In this document: in pieces, positions 25,294 to 35,655 of the stretch
Layout: each line of letters opens with the position of its first letter
How positions within the stretch are numbered: the first letter of the stretch is position 1
Virus record (IMG/VR): IMGVR_UViG_3300045911_000155
Coordinates: 16,561-80,560 of that record
DNA from: a virus
Length of the DNA stretch: 64,000 bases
Reading direction: 5' to 3' (one strand)
Program-made: the position numbers and the translations under genes
The notes under the pieces: generated by a model
Databases searched by the model: none
Seen by the model: only the letters and a program-made list of their open reading frames with translations
What the model was told of the DNA's origin: nothing

Positions 25294-26726
25294 ACCCAAT
25301 CAAGAGAATCTTCGAGTACTTCGAGCGCATCCACGCGGCGAAGGGCCGGAACCTCAAAGTAGCGATCATTGAAGAACTGATCGCTGAAACCGAACTCACG
25401 CAAGTCCTAACGGAAATTCTTCAGCACACCTACGACCCCTACATCACTTTCGGCGTCACGGCAGACAAACCATCCGCCGCAACATCTTTGATCGAATCGG
25501 TTTCGGAAGATGCGTTGCTTGACCACTGGAACGAAACCAAGGATCTTCTCTCGAAGCTGGCAAATCGCACCTTGACCGGGAATGCCGCCCAAGCCGCTGT
25601 CGAAGAGATCATCAGGATGACCCCGGCTCCCTACCGCAAATGGTGGGTCGGAATCATCAACCGGAATCTGCGGATTTCCGGCGTCGCTGCAAGCACATGG
25701 GCCAAATACATCCCCGGCTTGACGACTAACGTCAACCCGCAACTGTGCGACAAGTTCGACAACCGCACCATCGCGGAACCCATGTACGTCGAACCAAAAT
25801 ACGACGGCATCCGTGCTGTGTTCGTTCCTCAAGAGAACGGGACGTTCATCGCATTCAGTCGCGAAGGAAAGCGGCTGTCCAACACCGAACGCCTGTGTGA
25901 ACTCATCGCCAAAGCTGACAACAGCAAAGTCGTTATCGACGGTGAAGTGTTCTATAAGGACTTCCACACCACACAGAGCATCGTCAGCACTCAGTCCGAA
26001 CACCCGCTGGCCGGGAACCTTCAATTGTTCGCGTTCGACGCCATCCCGCTGGATGACTGGAATGCGCAATCGTCTTCCCTGCCCCTGTTCCGGCGCAAGG
26101 ACGTGCTCCGGGCTGTCGTGGACGATATCAATGGATACGTCCGCCCGCCGAAGCCCACACCCGAAGAAGTGAAAGCCAAGCTGGAACAGCTTATCAAACA
26201 GCGCGGCATTCATGGTGTGCAAATCCCGCCGCCGATGGAAGAACCGAAAGACGATCCGTCTTGGCCGGTTCAGTACGTCCCGGCAAAACTGATCGGATCG
26301 AACGCGGCGGCGGAAACGTTCTATCGCGAATGCGTTGCGGCGGGTTTCGAAGGTATCATCCTGAAGGAATACGCGGCTCACTACGAATACAAACGGTCGA
26401 AGACATGGATGAAGATGAAGCCGTCCCATGACACCGACATCACCATTGTCGATGCCATCGAAGGGAATCATCGTCTGGTCGGGTCTTTGGGAGCGCTGAT
26501 CGTGGAAGGCTCCGTGACCTTCAACAATCGTCCCTATAAGGTTCGTAGTGAAGTCGGTAGCGGGTTCACTGACCCGGAGCGGCAAAAACTGTGGGATCTG
26601 CATAAGGCCGGTGAACTGGTGGGCCGGATTGTAGAAGTCCGCTACCAAGAGCCGGACATCGACGGGGCACTTCGCTTCCCTGTCTTCGTCAGGTTGCGGG
26701 ACGACCGGGCCGAAGAAGCTGCGTAG
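25290..26726 (+). CDS. ATP-dependent DNA ligase (gp30-like)
   Basis: EPKYDGIR, DGE, EGIILK, KRSKTWMKMK, VGSGFT, LRFP motifs. Confidence 0.95.
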   Translation: MNPIKRIFEYFERIHAAKGRNLKVAIIEELIAETELTQVLTEILQHTYDPYITFGVTADKPSAATSLIESVSEDALLDHWNETKDLLSKLANRTLTGNAAQAAVEEIIRMTPAPYRKWWVGIINRNLRISGVAASTWAKYIPGLTTNVNPQLCDKFDNRTIAEPMYVEPKYDGIRAVFVPQENGTFIAFSREGKRLSNTERLCELIAKADNSKVVIDGEVFYKDFHTTQSIVSTQSEHPLAGNLQLFAFDAIPLDDWNAQSSSLPLFRRKDVLRAVVDDINGYVRPPKPTPEEVKAKLEQLIKQRGIHGVQIPPPMEEPKDDPSWPVQYVPAKLIGSNAAAETFYRECVAAGFEGIILKEYAAHYEYKRSKTWMKMKPSHDTDITIVDAIEGNHRLVGSLGALIVEGSVTFNNRPYKVRSEVGSGFTDPERQKLWDLHKAGELVGRIVEVRYQEPDIDGALRFPVFVRLRDDRAEEAA

Positions 26727-26776
26727 TAGTCTTCTCCTTTGATTTGATGGGTTCCGTGCCACTCTAAACAGTTGGC

Positions 26777-27079
26777 ATGGAACCCTTTCTTTCTGAAGCC
26801 TACATCTTGCGGGACATGCGGACCAATCGCTTTTTCGGCGGCGGGATCGCATCGGAACTTTTCTCCCATTGGGTAACCGAGTGGCATCAAGCCAAGACGT
26901 ATCCGTCACCGGATCACCTTCGTCCCGTGCTCGAACAGATGATTGCCCGGCGGCAAAAGTACGCCGAATCGAAAAGCGACATCCTTCAGAACATCCCGCT
27001 GTTTGAACCCGGCACGATGATGATCCACAAAGTCTCCATCACCAAACAAGTGGAAGAGACAGGGCTTACCGTCACGTAG
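26777..27079 (+). CDS. Hypothetical protein
   Basis: 100 aa. Confidence 0.6.
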   Translation: MEPFLSEAYILRDMRTNRFFGGGIASELFSHWVTEWHQAKTYPSPDHLRPVLEQMIARRQKYAESKSDILQNIPLFEPGTMMIHKVSITKQVEETGLTVT

Positions 27080-27098
27080 ACCACCCTATATACTCAGC

Positions 27099-27506
27099 GT
27101 GACGTTACTTGAAATTCAAGAGCGGCTATACACTTTCGCGGCACTGCCAGTCAATTGGGACCAACAGAAGGCTACCCCGCCAAACTCCGTAGCCATCGAA
27201 ACCGCGTGGAAAATCGCCAAACTGTCCGTTTCTCGTTTTCAGTTCAATCCGACCGACTGTGTTCCTAGCACTAATGGCGGCGTTGCTCTGGTATGGGTAC
27301 ATCCAACCAATCAAGATCGCTATGCCGACATCGAATGTACCAACGATGTGAATGTGTGCGCGTGCGCTTCGAGCAAGGAACACGAACTATTAGAAGAGTG
27401 GCAGATTCAAGATTTCAGTGTGCCCATCATCGGCCATACACAACGGTCACTTGACGATTCGATGGCCCGTCTCAAGAAGTTCATGCAAACCGGTTTTCTC
27501 GAATAG
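27099..27506 (+). CDS. Hypothetical protein
   Basis: LPVNWD...PP...GGVALVW pattern. Confidence 0.7.
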   Translation: MTLLEIQERLYTFAALPVNWDQQKATPPNSVAIETAWKIAKLSVSRFQFNPTDCVPSTNGGVALVWVHPTNQDRYADIECTNDVNVCACASSKEHELLEEWQIQDFSVPIIGHTQRSLDDSMARLKKFMQTGFLE

Positions 27507-27529
27507 CAACCCACGGTACCGTAAAGATC

Positions 27530-27865
27530 ATGGCACTGTACATTCCTATTGATCCAACATCTGTTTTGCATTGCAAAAACTTGGTCATGGTCGTGACCTA
27601 CTTGTGCGGGTTCACTGCCGACAACATGAAGCCTCAAAACACATTGGAGTATTTGGGCGACATCATCGAACTAGGAATGCATGTGTGGTCAGATTTGCGC
27701 CGGTTCAATGCCAAGATGTTCGGGTTTGACAAAGACCTCATCACTGATATCGCGATCAGCGTTCCCGGCCTAAAATCACAAGATCCACGCTTGCATGCGA
27801 TCCGTGATAAAATTCAGGAGTACATCTTGCTTTTGAATCGAAAGAACAACCCGACTCTCTGTTAA
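27530..27865 (+). CDS. Hypothetical protein
   Basis: 111 aa. Confidence 0.6.
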   Translation: MALYIPIDPTSVLHCKNLVMVVTYLCGFTADNMKPQNTLEYLGDIIELGMHVWSDLRRFNAKMFGFDKDLITDIAISVPGLKSQDPRLHAIRDKIQEYILLLNRKNNPTLC

Positions 27866-27874
27866 AGGATTCCA

Positions 27875-28849
27875 ATGAAACCACACATCATTGCCGGTTC
27901 AGGTGGTGCTCACCTGTTGCCGACAATTCAGCAAGTGATGGGCATCCCGGAAAGCAATCCGGTCGTTTCCAAGAAATTCTCTGACGGAGAAATCTTCGTT
28001 CAGATCACACAGAACATCCGCAACGGCGACGTTTTCATCGTGCAGTCCACCAGTTCTCCGACGAATGATCGTGTCATGGAACTGATCCTGCTGATCGACG
28101 CGGCCCGGCGTGGTTCGGCTGAACGAATCACGTGCGTGATCCCCTACTTCGGATATGCCCGACAGGACCGCAAAGAAATGTCCCGTGTGGCAATCTCCGC
28201 GCGGGCCGTCGCCAACTGTCTCGAAGCTGCCGGTGCCGACCGCATCATCGCCGTGGACCTTCACGCCGCGCCGATTCAAGGGTTCTTCAACATCCCCGTA
28301 GACAATCTCTATGGTGGCCCGGTGATCGCAGACTCCTACACCAACAACTTCCGGTTCGACCCGACGCTATTGACGGTTGTGTCTCCCGACGTGGGCGGCG
28401 TCGCCCGTGCCCGCCGGATGGCGGAAATCTTGAACGGCGCGCCTCTGGCGATCATTGACAAACGCCGCGAACAACACAATGTCGCGGAAGTCATGCACAT
28501 CATCGGCGACGTGAAAGGTCGGCATTGCTTCATGCTGGACGACATGATCGATACCGCCGGGACCGCATGTGAAGGCCGGAAGGCTCTTCTGGACGCGGGC
28601 GCGGCTTCCGTCACCTTCGCCGCGACGCACGGTGTCTTATCCGGCCCGGCACTGGACCGGATTGTGGATAGTGGTCTGGACGTGATTATCACCGACTCCA
28701 TTGACCAGTCCCGTGGACCGCACCGCGCGTGGGCGCGCGGTCAAATCCGCCGCGTGAGCATCGCCCCGCTGTTGGCGCAAGCAATCATGGCGACCCACAA
28801 CGGCGATTCAATCAGTTCTCTCTTCCCAAGCAAAGCGGCTGCTGCCTAA
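27875..28849 (+). CDS. prs: Ribose-phosphate pyrophosphokinase
   Basis: FSDGE, PYFGYARQDRK, DLHA, SPDVGG, DDMIDTAGT, THG motifs. Confidence 0.95.
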   Translation: MKPHIIAGSGGAHLLPTIQQVMGIPESNPVVSKKFSDGEIFVQITQNIRNGDVFIVQSTSSPTNDRVMELILLIDAARRGSAERITCVIPYFGYARQDRKEMSRVAISARAVANCLEAAGADRIIAVDLHAAPIQGFFNIPVDNLYGGPVIADSYTNNFRFDPTLLTVVSPDVGGVARARRMAEILNGAPLAIIDKRREQHNVAEVMHIIGDVKGRHCFMLDDMIDTAGTACEGRKALLDAGAASVTFAATHGVLSGPALDRIVDSGLDVIITDSIDQSRGPHRAWARGQIRRVSIAPLLAQAIMATHNGDSISSLFPSKAAAA

Positions 28850-28850
28850 G

Positions 28851-28879
28851 AAAAGCCGGGCCTTCGGGTCCGGCTTTTT
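28851..28879. terminator. Bidirectional intrinsic terminator
   Basis: AAAAGCCGGGCC-TTCG-GGTCCGGCTTTTT. Confidence 0.85.
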
Positions 28880-28910
28880 GCTGTGTTCGTCAGTGATATA
28901 CTTGAATTCT

Positions 28911-29147
28911 ATGGATCGGGAAACAGCACTTTCAATCGCCCAAGAATACTACCCACAAGAAAACCGCCGGGGACTCTTGGACATCCTTTTCGAACAGACC
29001 TTGTATCCGGCATATGACCCGGATCTGGACGATCATGCGCCGTTGTTGCGGCAAGAATTGGAAGCCTACCTACCGCGCTATGAAGAGAAACAAGCACGCA
29101 AAGCGGCTCAACAGGCTGTCATGGTTGCTGCCACGGAAACCGTATGA
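28911..29147 (+). CDS. Hypothetical protein
   Basis: ATG at 28911 after TATACT. Confidence 0.65.
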   Translation: MDRETALSIAQEYYPQENRRGLLDILFEQTLYPAYDPDLDDHAPLLRQELEAYLPRYEEKQARKAAQQAVMVAATETV

Positions 29148-29641
29148 GTATTGATCGCCCCGGTTGGGATGAACCAAGGGTCACGTGGACGGTCGGGCGG
29201 GTCAGCGCCGGAAACCTCGAAGCCGGGGTGATGCTGCGATCCGAATTCGATCTGGTCATCAACGTGAACGATGCCTACATCGCGGAGAGTTCGCAGTTCT
29301 GGTTCCCCATCAATGAAGTCGCCCCGTGGGGATACGCTCCCTTCTTCTACGTCAAACGCATCATTGACGCGCACCCGGACGCCAACGTATTGATCCATTG
29401 CGCCGCCGGTGCGTGCCGGTCGCCTTTGATGGTGTTCGGCTATACCATGTCTCATGGCATGCCGCCGGAAGAAGTCGAAGCGAAGTATGGCGGGCGATAC
29501 ATGACTCTGTACGCCCGCATGAAACGTGACGGCATCATTCCGCCCAACTTGCCTGAATTCTACGCCATGATGAACAAGTGGCCGGAAAATTCTCTGATGG
29601 GTGTCCTTGCCCGGATCGGGGACCCGCGCACGAATGGATAG
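29144..29641 (+). CDS. Tyrosine/dual-specificity phosphatase-family protein
   Basis: VLIHCAAGACRS (CX5R). Confidence 0.85.
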   Translation: MSIDRPGWDEPRVTWTVGRVSAGNLEAGVMLRSEFDLVINVNDAYIAESSQFWFPINEVAPWGYAPFFYVKRIIDAHPDANVLIHCAAGACRSPLMVFGYTMSHGMPPEEVEAKYGGRYMTLYARMKRDGIIPPNLPEFYAMMNKWPENSLMGVLARIGDPRTNG

Positions 29642-29872
29642 GACCAGATACATCTTTCCTTTCCGGCAAACGTGGTGGTCGGTCTGTAGCCGTCATCGTT
29701 ACTACGACACACAATGTCACATTTTCCAAAACGGAACATGGCAATTCGATCTGGTCCACTGGTTCGATGGTCTAATCCACGACCATGCGTATGTCGTTTG
29801 GTACAAATGGCACAACCGCCGAAACTCACGGTCGCGGCGGTTGTTGGAAAGCTGGTTTCCGAAACTGAAAAG

Positions 29873-30252
29873 CTAGACGTGCCCTTCCGACAGCAAGGTC
29901 AGTTCGTGTTCCCGGTCCAAGAACTTGTACTCAATCTTGGTCGGTTGGAACACTTCTAGTGCGCTCACGACATCGTTCAGTTCCATGCACCCGCACGTGT
30001 ATACGTCCAGTTGCATGATGCCGGGATCAGATTCGTCCCACACGTGCAAAGCGATATGTGCGATGTCTTGATGATACAGACACCGGTTGCGCCGCGATTG
30101 CCCGGTTCATCAAGGTACTTGACGAACGGACCCGCGAACAGTTCCATTCCCAATCTCTTCACCAGATCGGCAAGCCAATCGGTGATAACATCTACATCTT
30201 TCGGTGGCGTCTTCGTCTCAATGCGGAAGATCAGGTGTTTATGTTGAAGCAC
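29873..30252 (-). CDS. speD: S-adenosylmethionine decarboxylase-like, with frameshift near 30055
   Basis: GATGVCIIKTSH then alternate frame IALHVWDE...QLDVYTCG...; TAAATA promoter. Confidence 0.75.
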
Positions 30253-30267
30253 CTTTGTATTTACCGA

Positions 30268-31299
30268 TTAGTAACCTTCCAAGATGCGCTGCTTTTGCAT
30301 GATTTCGAGTTCCATGAACTCCAGATCAATCGTCGTGGCGACCGGCGGCGCGCCGCCCCACGGGTGTTCACGATGCGCGACCCACGCGCCAAGCGGAGTG
30401 TAGTTGACCGTCATTCGTTTCAGAGCACACGTGCTGATCTTGTGGATGAACGGATTCTCTTTTCCGTGGCTAATGAACTTGATGTCGAATTCTGCCGGAT
30501 AAATCCAGAAACGGCCCGCTGTACCGGCGGCGATTTCCGGTGCGCTGTAGAATTTGAACGCACTGATGATGTTCGATACGTTTTCCGCTTCTTTCTCGTT
30601 TTGCGGAGTGAACTTGAACTTGAAGCTGAACTCACGGAACCGAATTCCCCGGAAGATCGCTTCCAAGTGCGGATTGATTGCTAGCCGTCCACGGGTGCTC
30701 AATGCATCCTTCAGCGACAGACCAGTGACGGCAGACATTGCATCCGTCGCATGGATAGCGCCCGAAATGCCAAGGCTCTTGAACACTTCCGTCATGCTTC
30801 CTTCGCCGCCGATGGCATCCAGAATGACCTTCGTGTTCCCCATTTCCGTGTCTTCCCATTCAGCATCGTAGTTGACCACGATGTCTTCAGGCATGTACAG
30901 CACAATCGCGGTGCTCACCCGGCGAATCGGCACATAGGTGCCATTGCCGCGTTGTGCGGGCGACGGAGTGTTCCCGCCTTGTCCCTGTTGGTTTCCCGTA
31001 GGGGCGGCGATTGGAGCGTCCCTTGTGCCTTGTACAGTGTCCGTTTGACTGTTCCGATACAAGGTTGGTTGTTGTGGTGGCGGACCAGCGGCGGTTGAAC
31101 GGGTGCCAAATTGTGTCGTGGCTGTTTCGTTGATATAGAAGATGACGTAGTGATCCAACCCGGCACCCGGCTGTCCAAGGTTGAGCGGATAGATGAAGCT
31201 GTTGTATTTGTAGCTGCTGCCTTCCAATCCCGCCAAGGGACCATCAGACGGGCGCGGTCCAAGCTGAGAAATGTCGTTCGGGTTGTTCGGGTTCGCCAT
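30268..31299 (-). CDS. Baseplate tail-tube cap (T4 gp48-like)
   Basis: LYMP, NPHLEAIFRGIRFREFSFKFKFTPQN...F.ELE; late promoter. Confidence 0.85.
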   Translation of the reverse strand: MANPNNPNDISQLGPRPSDGPLAGLEGSSYKYNSFIYPLNLGQPGAGLDHYVIFYINETATTQFGTRSTAAGPPPQQPTLYRNSQTDTVQGTRDAPIAAPTGNQQGQGGNTPSPAQRGNGTYVPIRRVSTAIVLYMPEDIVVNYDAEWEDTEMGNTKVILDAIGGEGSMTEVFKSLGISGAIHATDAMSAVTGLSLKDALSTRGRLAINPHLEAIFRGIRFREFSFKFKFTPQNEKEAENVSNIISAFKFYSAPEIAAGTAGRFWIYPAEFDIKFISHGKENPFIHKISTCALKRMTVNYTPLGAWVAHREHPWGGAPPVATTIDLEFMELEIMQKQRILEGY

Positions 31300-31347
31300 G
31301 CCCTTCTATTTATTCGGTACCCGGCCAGAAGACGGTAAATAGTAGGT

Positions 31348-31717
31348 ATGCAAACCTTCGGCCAGTTCATCCGGGAGATGGCGGAATTCCCGGTGAAGGA
31401 AACCCCGCATCAAAAACAGATCCGGCTGAGCCGTGGGTACAAGAAGATTGTACGGATCGACGCTGCCAAATTCAAAGCCCGGTTCGAAGCGGAGCAAGGG
31501 CAAAAGCTGGATTGGAATGCGTCCCGTGCCGACCGGCTGAAAGACTTGGAATCGGTTGATGCTTATCCACAAGGTGTTCATGGATTGGGCCGGGCGGGTG
31601 GATGTGTTGGACGGACGACATCGAATCGCAAACGCCGCCGCGAAAGGTATGTCGATCAAAGTTTCTATGCCGAATCGAAAAAAGGAAGGGGACATTCCGT
31701 CAGACTTGGTTGTCTGA
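31348..31717 (+). CDS. ParB/Srx-like small protein with capsid-targeting-like N-terminus (frameshift near 31570)
   Basis: MQTFGQFIRE; alternate frame gives VDVLDGRHRIANA; TAAATA promoter. Confidence 0.55.
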
Positions 31718-31743
31718 CATAGATGTCCCGTGGTATACTCAAG

Positions 31744-33165
31744 ATGATGTCATTTCGACAATTCCTATTTGAAAGCGCGAAGGCCGAAGAAGCCTTGAAC
31801 GCGGTACGCAATGCGCTCATCGGTTCGAAGTATGAGCAAGACGTGTACCTTGTAGGCGGGGCCGTTCGCGATATGCAAATGGGCTTGCCGGTCAAGGACT
31901 TAGACCTTGTGGTGGACAACCACGGTCTTGAGGGTGGCATCGAATGTGCGACTTTCTTGGCGAAGGCGCTTGGCGTTTTCCGCCCGGATTCAAACCCGGT
32001 GATCTTCCCGCGATTCGGCACTGCGAAGCTGACGTTGAAGAGCGGGTTCGACGTGGAGTTCGTCGCGCCGCGCAAAGAGAAGTACGACGCCAACAGCCGG
32101 AAGCCGGTTGTGTCTGCCGGTACGCTCGAAGACGATGCGTTCCGCCGCGACTTCACGATCAATTCCCTGTTCATGCGCCTGTCGAATTCCGAACTCCGGG
32201 ATCTGACCGGGCGCGGTCTGGCCGATTTGAAGCGCAAGACCATCCAAACGACCAGCGACGCCACCTACATCTTCAGCGAAGATCCGTTGCGCATGTTGCG
32301 CGCCGTCCGGTTCGCAATCAAGTACGACTTCGAATTGCCGCTGGCACTCATCAAGGCAATCAAGGTGAATGCCCGGCGGCTTCAGACGATCAGCAAGGAA
32401 CGCATTCAGGACGAACTGAACAAGATCCTTGTGCTGAAGACGCCATCGCGCGCGATCCGCCTGTTCAAGATTACCGGGTTGCTGAAAGAGTTCATGCCGG
32501 AACTGCAAGCGCTGTCCGGCGTCACTCAGAACGCCTATCACAAGCACGACGCTTTCGACCACACGCTTGATGTGCTGGACAATGCGCCGCCGGATCTGAC
32601 TGTCCGGCTTGCCGCGCTGTTCCACGACATCGGCAAGGCCGCGACCCGCACCGACGACGGTGGAAAGGTTCGTTTCCTTGGTCACGCCAATGTCGGTGCC
32701 GAAATCGCTGTCGAAGTCATGAAGCGGTTGAAGTACTCGAACGACGACACGGAGAAGATCCGCAAGATCGTGTTTCATCACATGGACATGAAGTTCGCTG
32801 GTGACGATCTGGCGACGCTGAAGGACAAGAGCCTTCGGAAGCTCATCTTCCGTGTTGCCGACAAACTGGACCCGCTGTTGAGCCTGATGCATGCCGACAA
32901 CATCAGCCATGCGGAGCACGCCAATATGCCGAATCAGATCAACCTCATCCGGCAACGCATCAAGGATTGGGACATCGAATCCATCCTGAACACCACCAGT
33001 GTTCTGGACGGCAACGAAATCGCCGCCTTGGGCGCGAAGGGTCCGCTGATCGGCAAGATCAAAGGTCGCATTCTGGACAAGGTTCTGGAGAATCCCTCTT
33101 TCTCGAAGAAGGACGCCACTCTGATGGCACAGAGCATGATCCGTGATGCCGCCGGAAAGAAGTAA
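31744..33165 (+). CDS. cca: Class II CCA-adding tRNA nucleotidyltransferase with HD domain
   Basis: VGGAVRD..DLD, YDANSRKP loop, RRDFTIN, EDPLRMLR, FHDIGK. Confidence 0.92.
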   Translation: MMSFRQFLFESAKAEEALNAVRNALIGSKYEQDVYLVGGAVRDMQMGLPVKDLDLVVDNHGLEGGIECATFLAKALGVFRPDSNPVIFPRFGTAKLTLKSGFDVEFVAPRKEKYDANSRKPVVSAGTLEDDAFRRDFTINSLFMRLSNSELRDLTGRGLADLKRKTIQTTSDATYIFSEDPLRMLRAVRFAIKYDFELPLALIKAIKVNARRLQTISKERIQDELNKILVLKTPSRAIRLFKITGLLKEFMPELQALSGVTQNAYHKHDAFDHTLDVLDNAPPDLTVRLAALFHDIGKAATRTDDGGKVRFLGHANVGAEIAVEVMKRLKYSNDDTEKIRKIVFHHMDMKFAGDDLATLKDKSLRKLIFRVADKLDPLLSLMHADNISHAEHANMPNQINLIRQRIKDWDIESILNTTSVLDGNEIAALGAKGPLIGKIKGRILDKVLENPSFSKKDATLMAQSMIRDAAGKK

Positions 33166-33168
33166 CGA

Positions 33169-33768
33169 TTGAAAGACTACCCTAGCATCGAAGGCAGTGC
33201 CCGCGCGCCGATTGGCAAGCCGTGCATTGCCTTCTACAAATACGACGGATCGAATCTCCGGTGGGAATGGTCGCCGAAGCAAGGCTGGCACAAGTTCGGC
33301 ACCCGGAACCGACTCTTCGACAAAACTGACGCTGTGTTCGCCCCGGCGATTCCGATCTTCCTCAACACGATGGGCGATGAAATCGTCCGGCGGGTGAAAG
33401 ATCACGACCGGAACTGTCAGCGCATCACTGCGTTTACCGAGTATTTCGGTCCCGGATCTTTCGCCGGTCAACACGTGCCGGGTGCTCCGATGGAACTCCG
33501 GTTGTTCGATACGTTTCTGTTCAAGAAAGGGTTGATCCCTCCCCGGCAATTCCTCAAAATGTTCGGCGACCTTCCGTGGGCGGCGGAAGTGGTCTACGAA
33601 GGCAACCTGACCAAAGAGTTCATCAAGGATGTTCGCGACGGCAAATACCCTGTGTGGGAAGGCGTCATCGCGAAGGGCGACGACTTCATGTGCAAGATCA
33701 AGACCAATGCTTACTTCGCCAAGTTGAACGAAGTTTACGGTACCGACTACCGGAAGTATTGGGAGTAG
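33169..33768 (+). CDS. RNA ligase-like nucleotidyltransferase
   Basis: KYDGSNLR, TEYFG, LFD, EGVIAK, KIKT ligase motifs with no OB domain. Confidence 0.75.
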   Translation: MKDYPSIEGSARAPIGKPCIAFYKYDGSNLRWEWSPKQGWHKFGTRNRLFDKTDAVFAPAIPIFLNTMGDEIVRRVKDHDRNCQRITAFTEYFGPGSFAGQHVPGAPMELRLFDTFLFKKGLIPPRQFLKMFGDLPWAAEVVYEGNLTKEFIKDVRDGKYPVWEGVIAKGDDFMCKIKTNAYFAKLNEVYGTDYRKYWE

Positions 33769-33792
33769 AATAGAAAGACAATATCAGGGCAG

Positions 33793-34344
33793 GTGGCCCG
33801 GAAAGAAAACACTCGAATGTCAGCAACGGCAATAGCCAAATTGAATGAAGCAACAGTGGAAGTAGAATCTTCGCTGTTGGATCAGATCATCCAATCTGAA
33901 CCCCGGTTCGAAATCCCGGTACAGGTGCGGCAACCGTCGTACACCGTCCGTATGTTAGGCCAGCACGCTCACGCCAAATTAGCGGCGAAAAACGTGTGCG
34001 GCAACGACAGCCGCGACGGTACGTTCCGGTATGATTTGAAAGTCACCACGACCGGAGTGAACGAACAGGGCTTCAGCATTGACAGCCGTTTCCCCGACAC
34101 CATCTATAGCCGCTGGTCCAACGACGTGTTCGTCGCGTCCTGTGAGCAATTGGCGGGTGGCATCATCGCGGCGGTGCTGGAAGCCTATCCCGAAGTTACC
34201 AGCGTGCAATGCACCATCTACAACCGCGTCGGCTCCGTGGAGGTCGATTGGGTGGTTGGTCAGGAAATGCCCATCGCTCCCCGCAAGGCGACTTGTAAGG
34301 AAGTTGCCGATGGACTTCAGTACAAAGACAACTACCGCTGCTAA
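33793..34344 (+). CDS. Divergent QueD/PTPS-like (T-fold) protein, paralog A
   Basis: NVCG, EQGFSID, SCEQLAGGI; paralogous to 39897-40322. Confidence 0.45.
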   Translation: MARKENTRMSATAIAKLNEATVEVESSLLDQIIQSEPRFEIPVQVRQPSYTVRMLGQHAHAKLAAKNVCGNDSRDGTFRYDLKVTTTGVNEQGFSIDSRFPDTIYSRWSNDVFVASCEQLAGGIIAAVLEAYPEVTSVQCTIYNRVGSVEVDWVVGQEMPIAPRKATCKEVADGLQYKDNYRC

Positions 34345-34353
34345 GCTAATCGT

Positions 34354-34653
34354 ATGAACAAAATCATGATCGTGTTGGGGTTGGTCACGCTCACTGCATG
34401 TGGGCCGTCATACGTCGAACCCCATCAAATCGGGACAGTTAAGTGCTACCAAGTGAAGGGCGGCAACCAAATTGGTTCGTGGGAGAATGCCACCCTTCAC
34501 TACAGTAACAGTGATGGTCGCGATTCGGTACGGGTGTACCTGACCAGTCGTGAAAACGACAACGGGCTTACCCGCATTCGCGTATCCGACAATTTGATTG
34601 CCCGTTACTACGTGCATGAGGGCGTGTGTACGATTACTCCGTACAAGGAATAG
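34354..34653 (+). CDS. Lipoprotein
   Basis: Lipobox LTA-C. Confidence 0.7.
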   Translation: MNKIMIVLGLVTLTACGPSYVEPHQIGTVKCYQVKGGNQIGSWENATLHYSNSDGRDSVRVYLTSRENDNGLTRIRVSDNLIARYYVHEGVCTITPYKE

Positions 34654-34660
34654 GAAGACC

Positions 34661-34906
34661 ATGCCCGACGAAAAAATACTAATCCGGCTCACCCGCACGG
34701 GCAAAGACTCCTTCGAAGAAGTCTACCCGGCGACGCTGGCCGAATGGACGCGGCTCACGGGACTGACGGAAGAAGAAACGACACTGGCCGTCGATTGTGA
34801 TGATCTGGCGGACGAAGAGTTTCTGGAAGAAATCATGTCCCGTGAGCCGGTGGATGTCAAACTCAGCGAACTGGAAGATATCCCCTACGTCGTCAACATG
34901 TTTTAG
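34661..34906 (+). CDS. Small acidic protein
   Basis: AGGAA RBS; very Asp/Glu-rich. Confidence 0.65.
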   Translation: MPDEKILIRLTRTGKDSFEEVYPATLAEWTRLTGLTEEETTLAVDCDDLADEEFLEEIMSREPVDVKLSELEDIPYVVNMF

Positions 34907-35583
34907 ATCAGCTTGTAGAACTCATCGGCGTCGCGGTATGCGGAGTGTCCGTCGATGAATGGCGTCATATCAATCAACTCCACGTTCGGGACCGGCTTCG
35001 TTGCTGGTCCATCATAACCAAGAGCCGGGCTGGTCCAGTTGTACGGCACCAACCGATAGGACCACTTCAAAACACTGTCCCGGCGGCTGTACATCAGCTT
35101 CCCTTTGTGCCCATCAATGTGAGTCGCATACTTTCCCGTCAGGACGCCGTTGTCAACCGCTGGCGCGGCCATGATGTACTCTTGGATCGTTCCCGGCGGA
35201 ATGTGCATCAGCGCTTCCAGCATGACCTTGTTGCCAAGGCTGTGGGCTTCGAGCACCACGGTGTTTCCCCGTTGGTGGAGCATTCGAACCAGTTGCACCA
35301 GATAGGATGAGGCTTGCGGGGCGCGCCGGTCAGCGGCGATGTATCCAATCGAATACGACCACGATCCCGGCCAGAAGAAACCTACCATTGCGTCGAACTC
35401 CGGGCGCTTTCGCTGTAAGTTGGTTTCGATAGTCTTGTAGGCGATCAACGTCTTCGAATACTCTGATTTGTACCCGTGGACGGCCACAAAGACCTTTTGA
35501 TTGGATGGAAGATCACCGACCAACAGTTTGTCGGAAAACTCAGTGGAAGAGCGGAAATCCTTGCGGCAAGATGCTTCGAACAT
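34903..35583 (-). CDS. Alpha/beta hydrolase (DUF900-like)
   Basis: VHGY, FFWP, AHSLG, APAVD, C-terminal His. Confidence 0.85.
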   Translation of the reverse strand: MFEASCRKDFRSSTEFSDKLLVGDLPSNQKVFVAVHGYKSEYSKTLIAYKTIETNLQRKRPEFDAMVGFFWPGSWSYSIGYIAADRRAPQASSYLVQLVRMLHQRGNTVVLEAHSLGNKVMLEALMHIPPGTIQEYIMAAPAVDNGVLTGKYATHIDGHKGKLMYSRRDSVLKWSYRLVPYNWTSPALGYDGPATKPVPNVELIDMTPFIDGHSAYRDADEFYKLI

Positions 35584-35655
35584 ACTAGTACTTAGTCCTA
35601 AAAAGCAAAACAGGCCGGACCCGAAGGCCCGGCCTGAACTGTTCGAAGATTTCGA

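Noticed and set aside
25407-26909. Long antisense ORFs (also 31990-33549, 43660-44589, 44633-46024)
   Set aside because: These are shadows of GC-rich, codon-biased genes on the opposite strand, with no motifs or RBS
27875-28849. NARP1 Adps enzyme
   Set aside because: Sequence looks like canonical class I Prs and no adjacent Nampt-like gene is present; cannot be supported by eye
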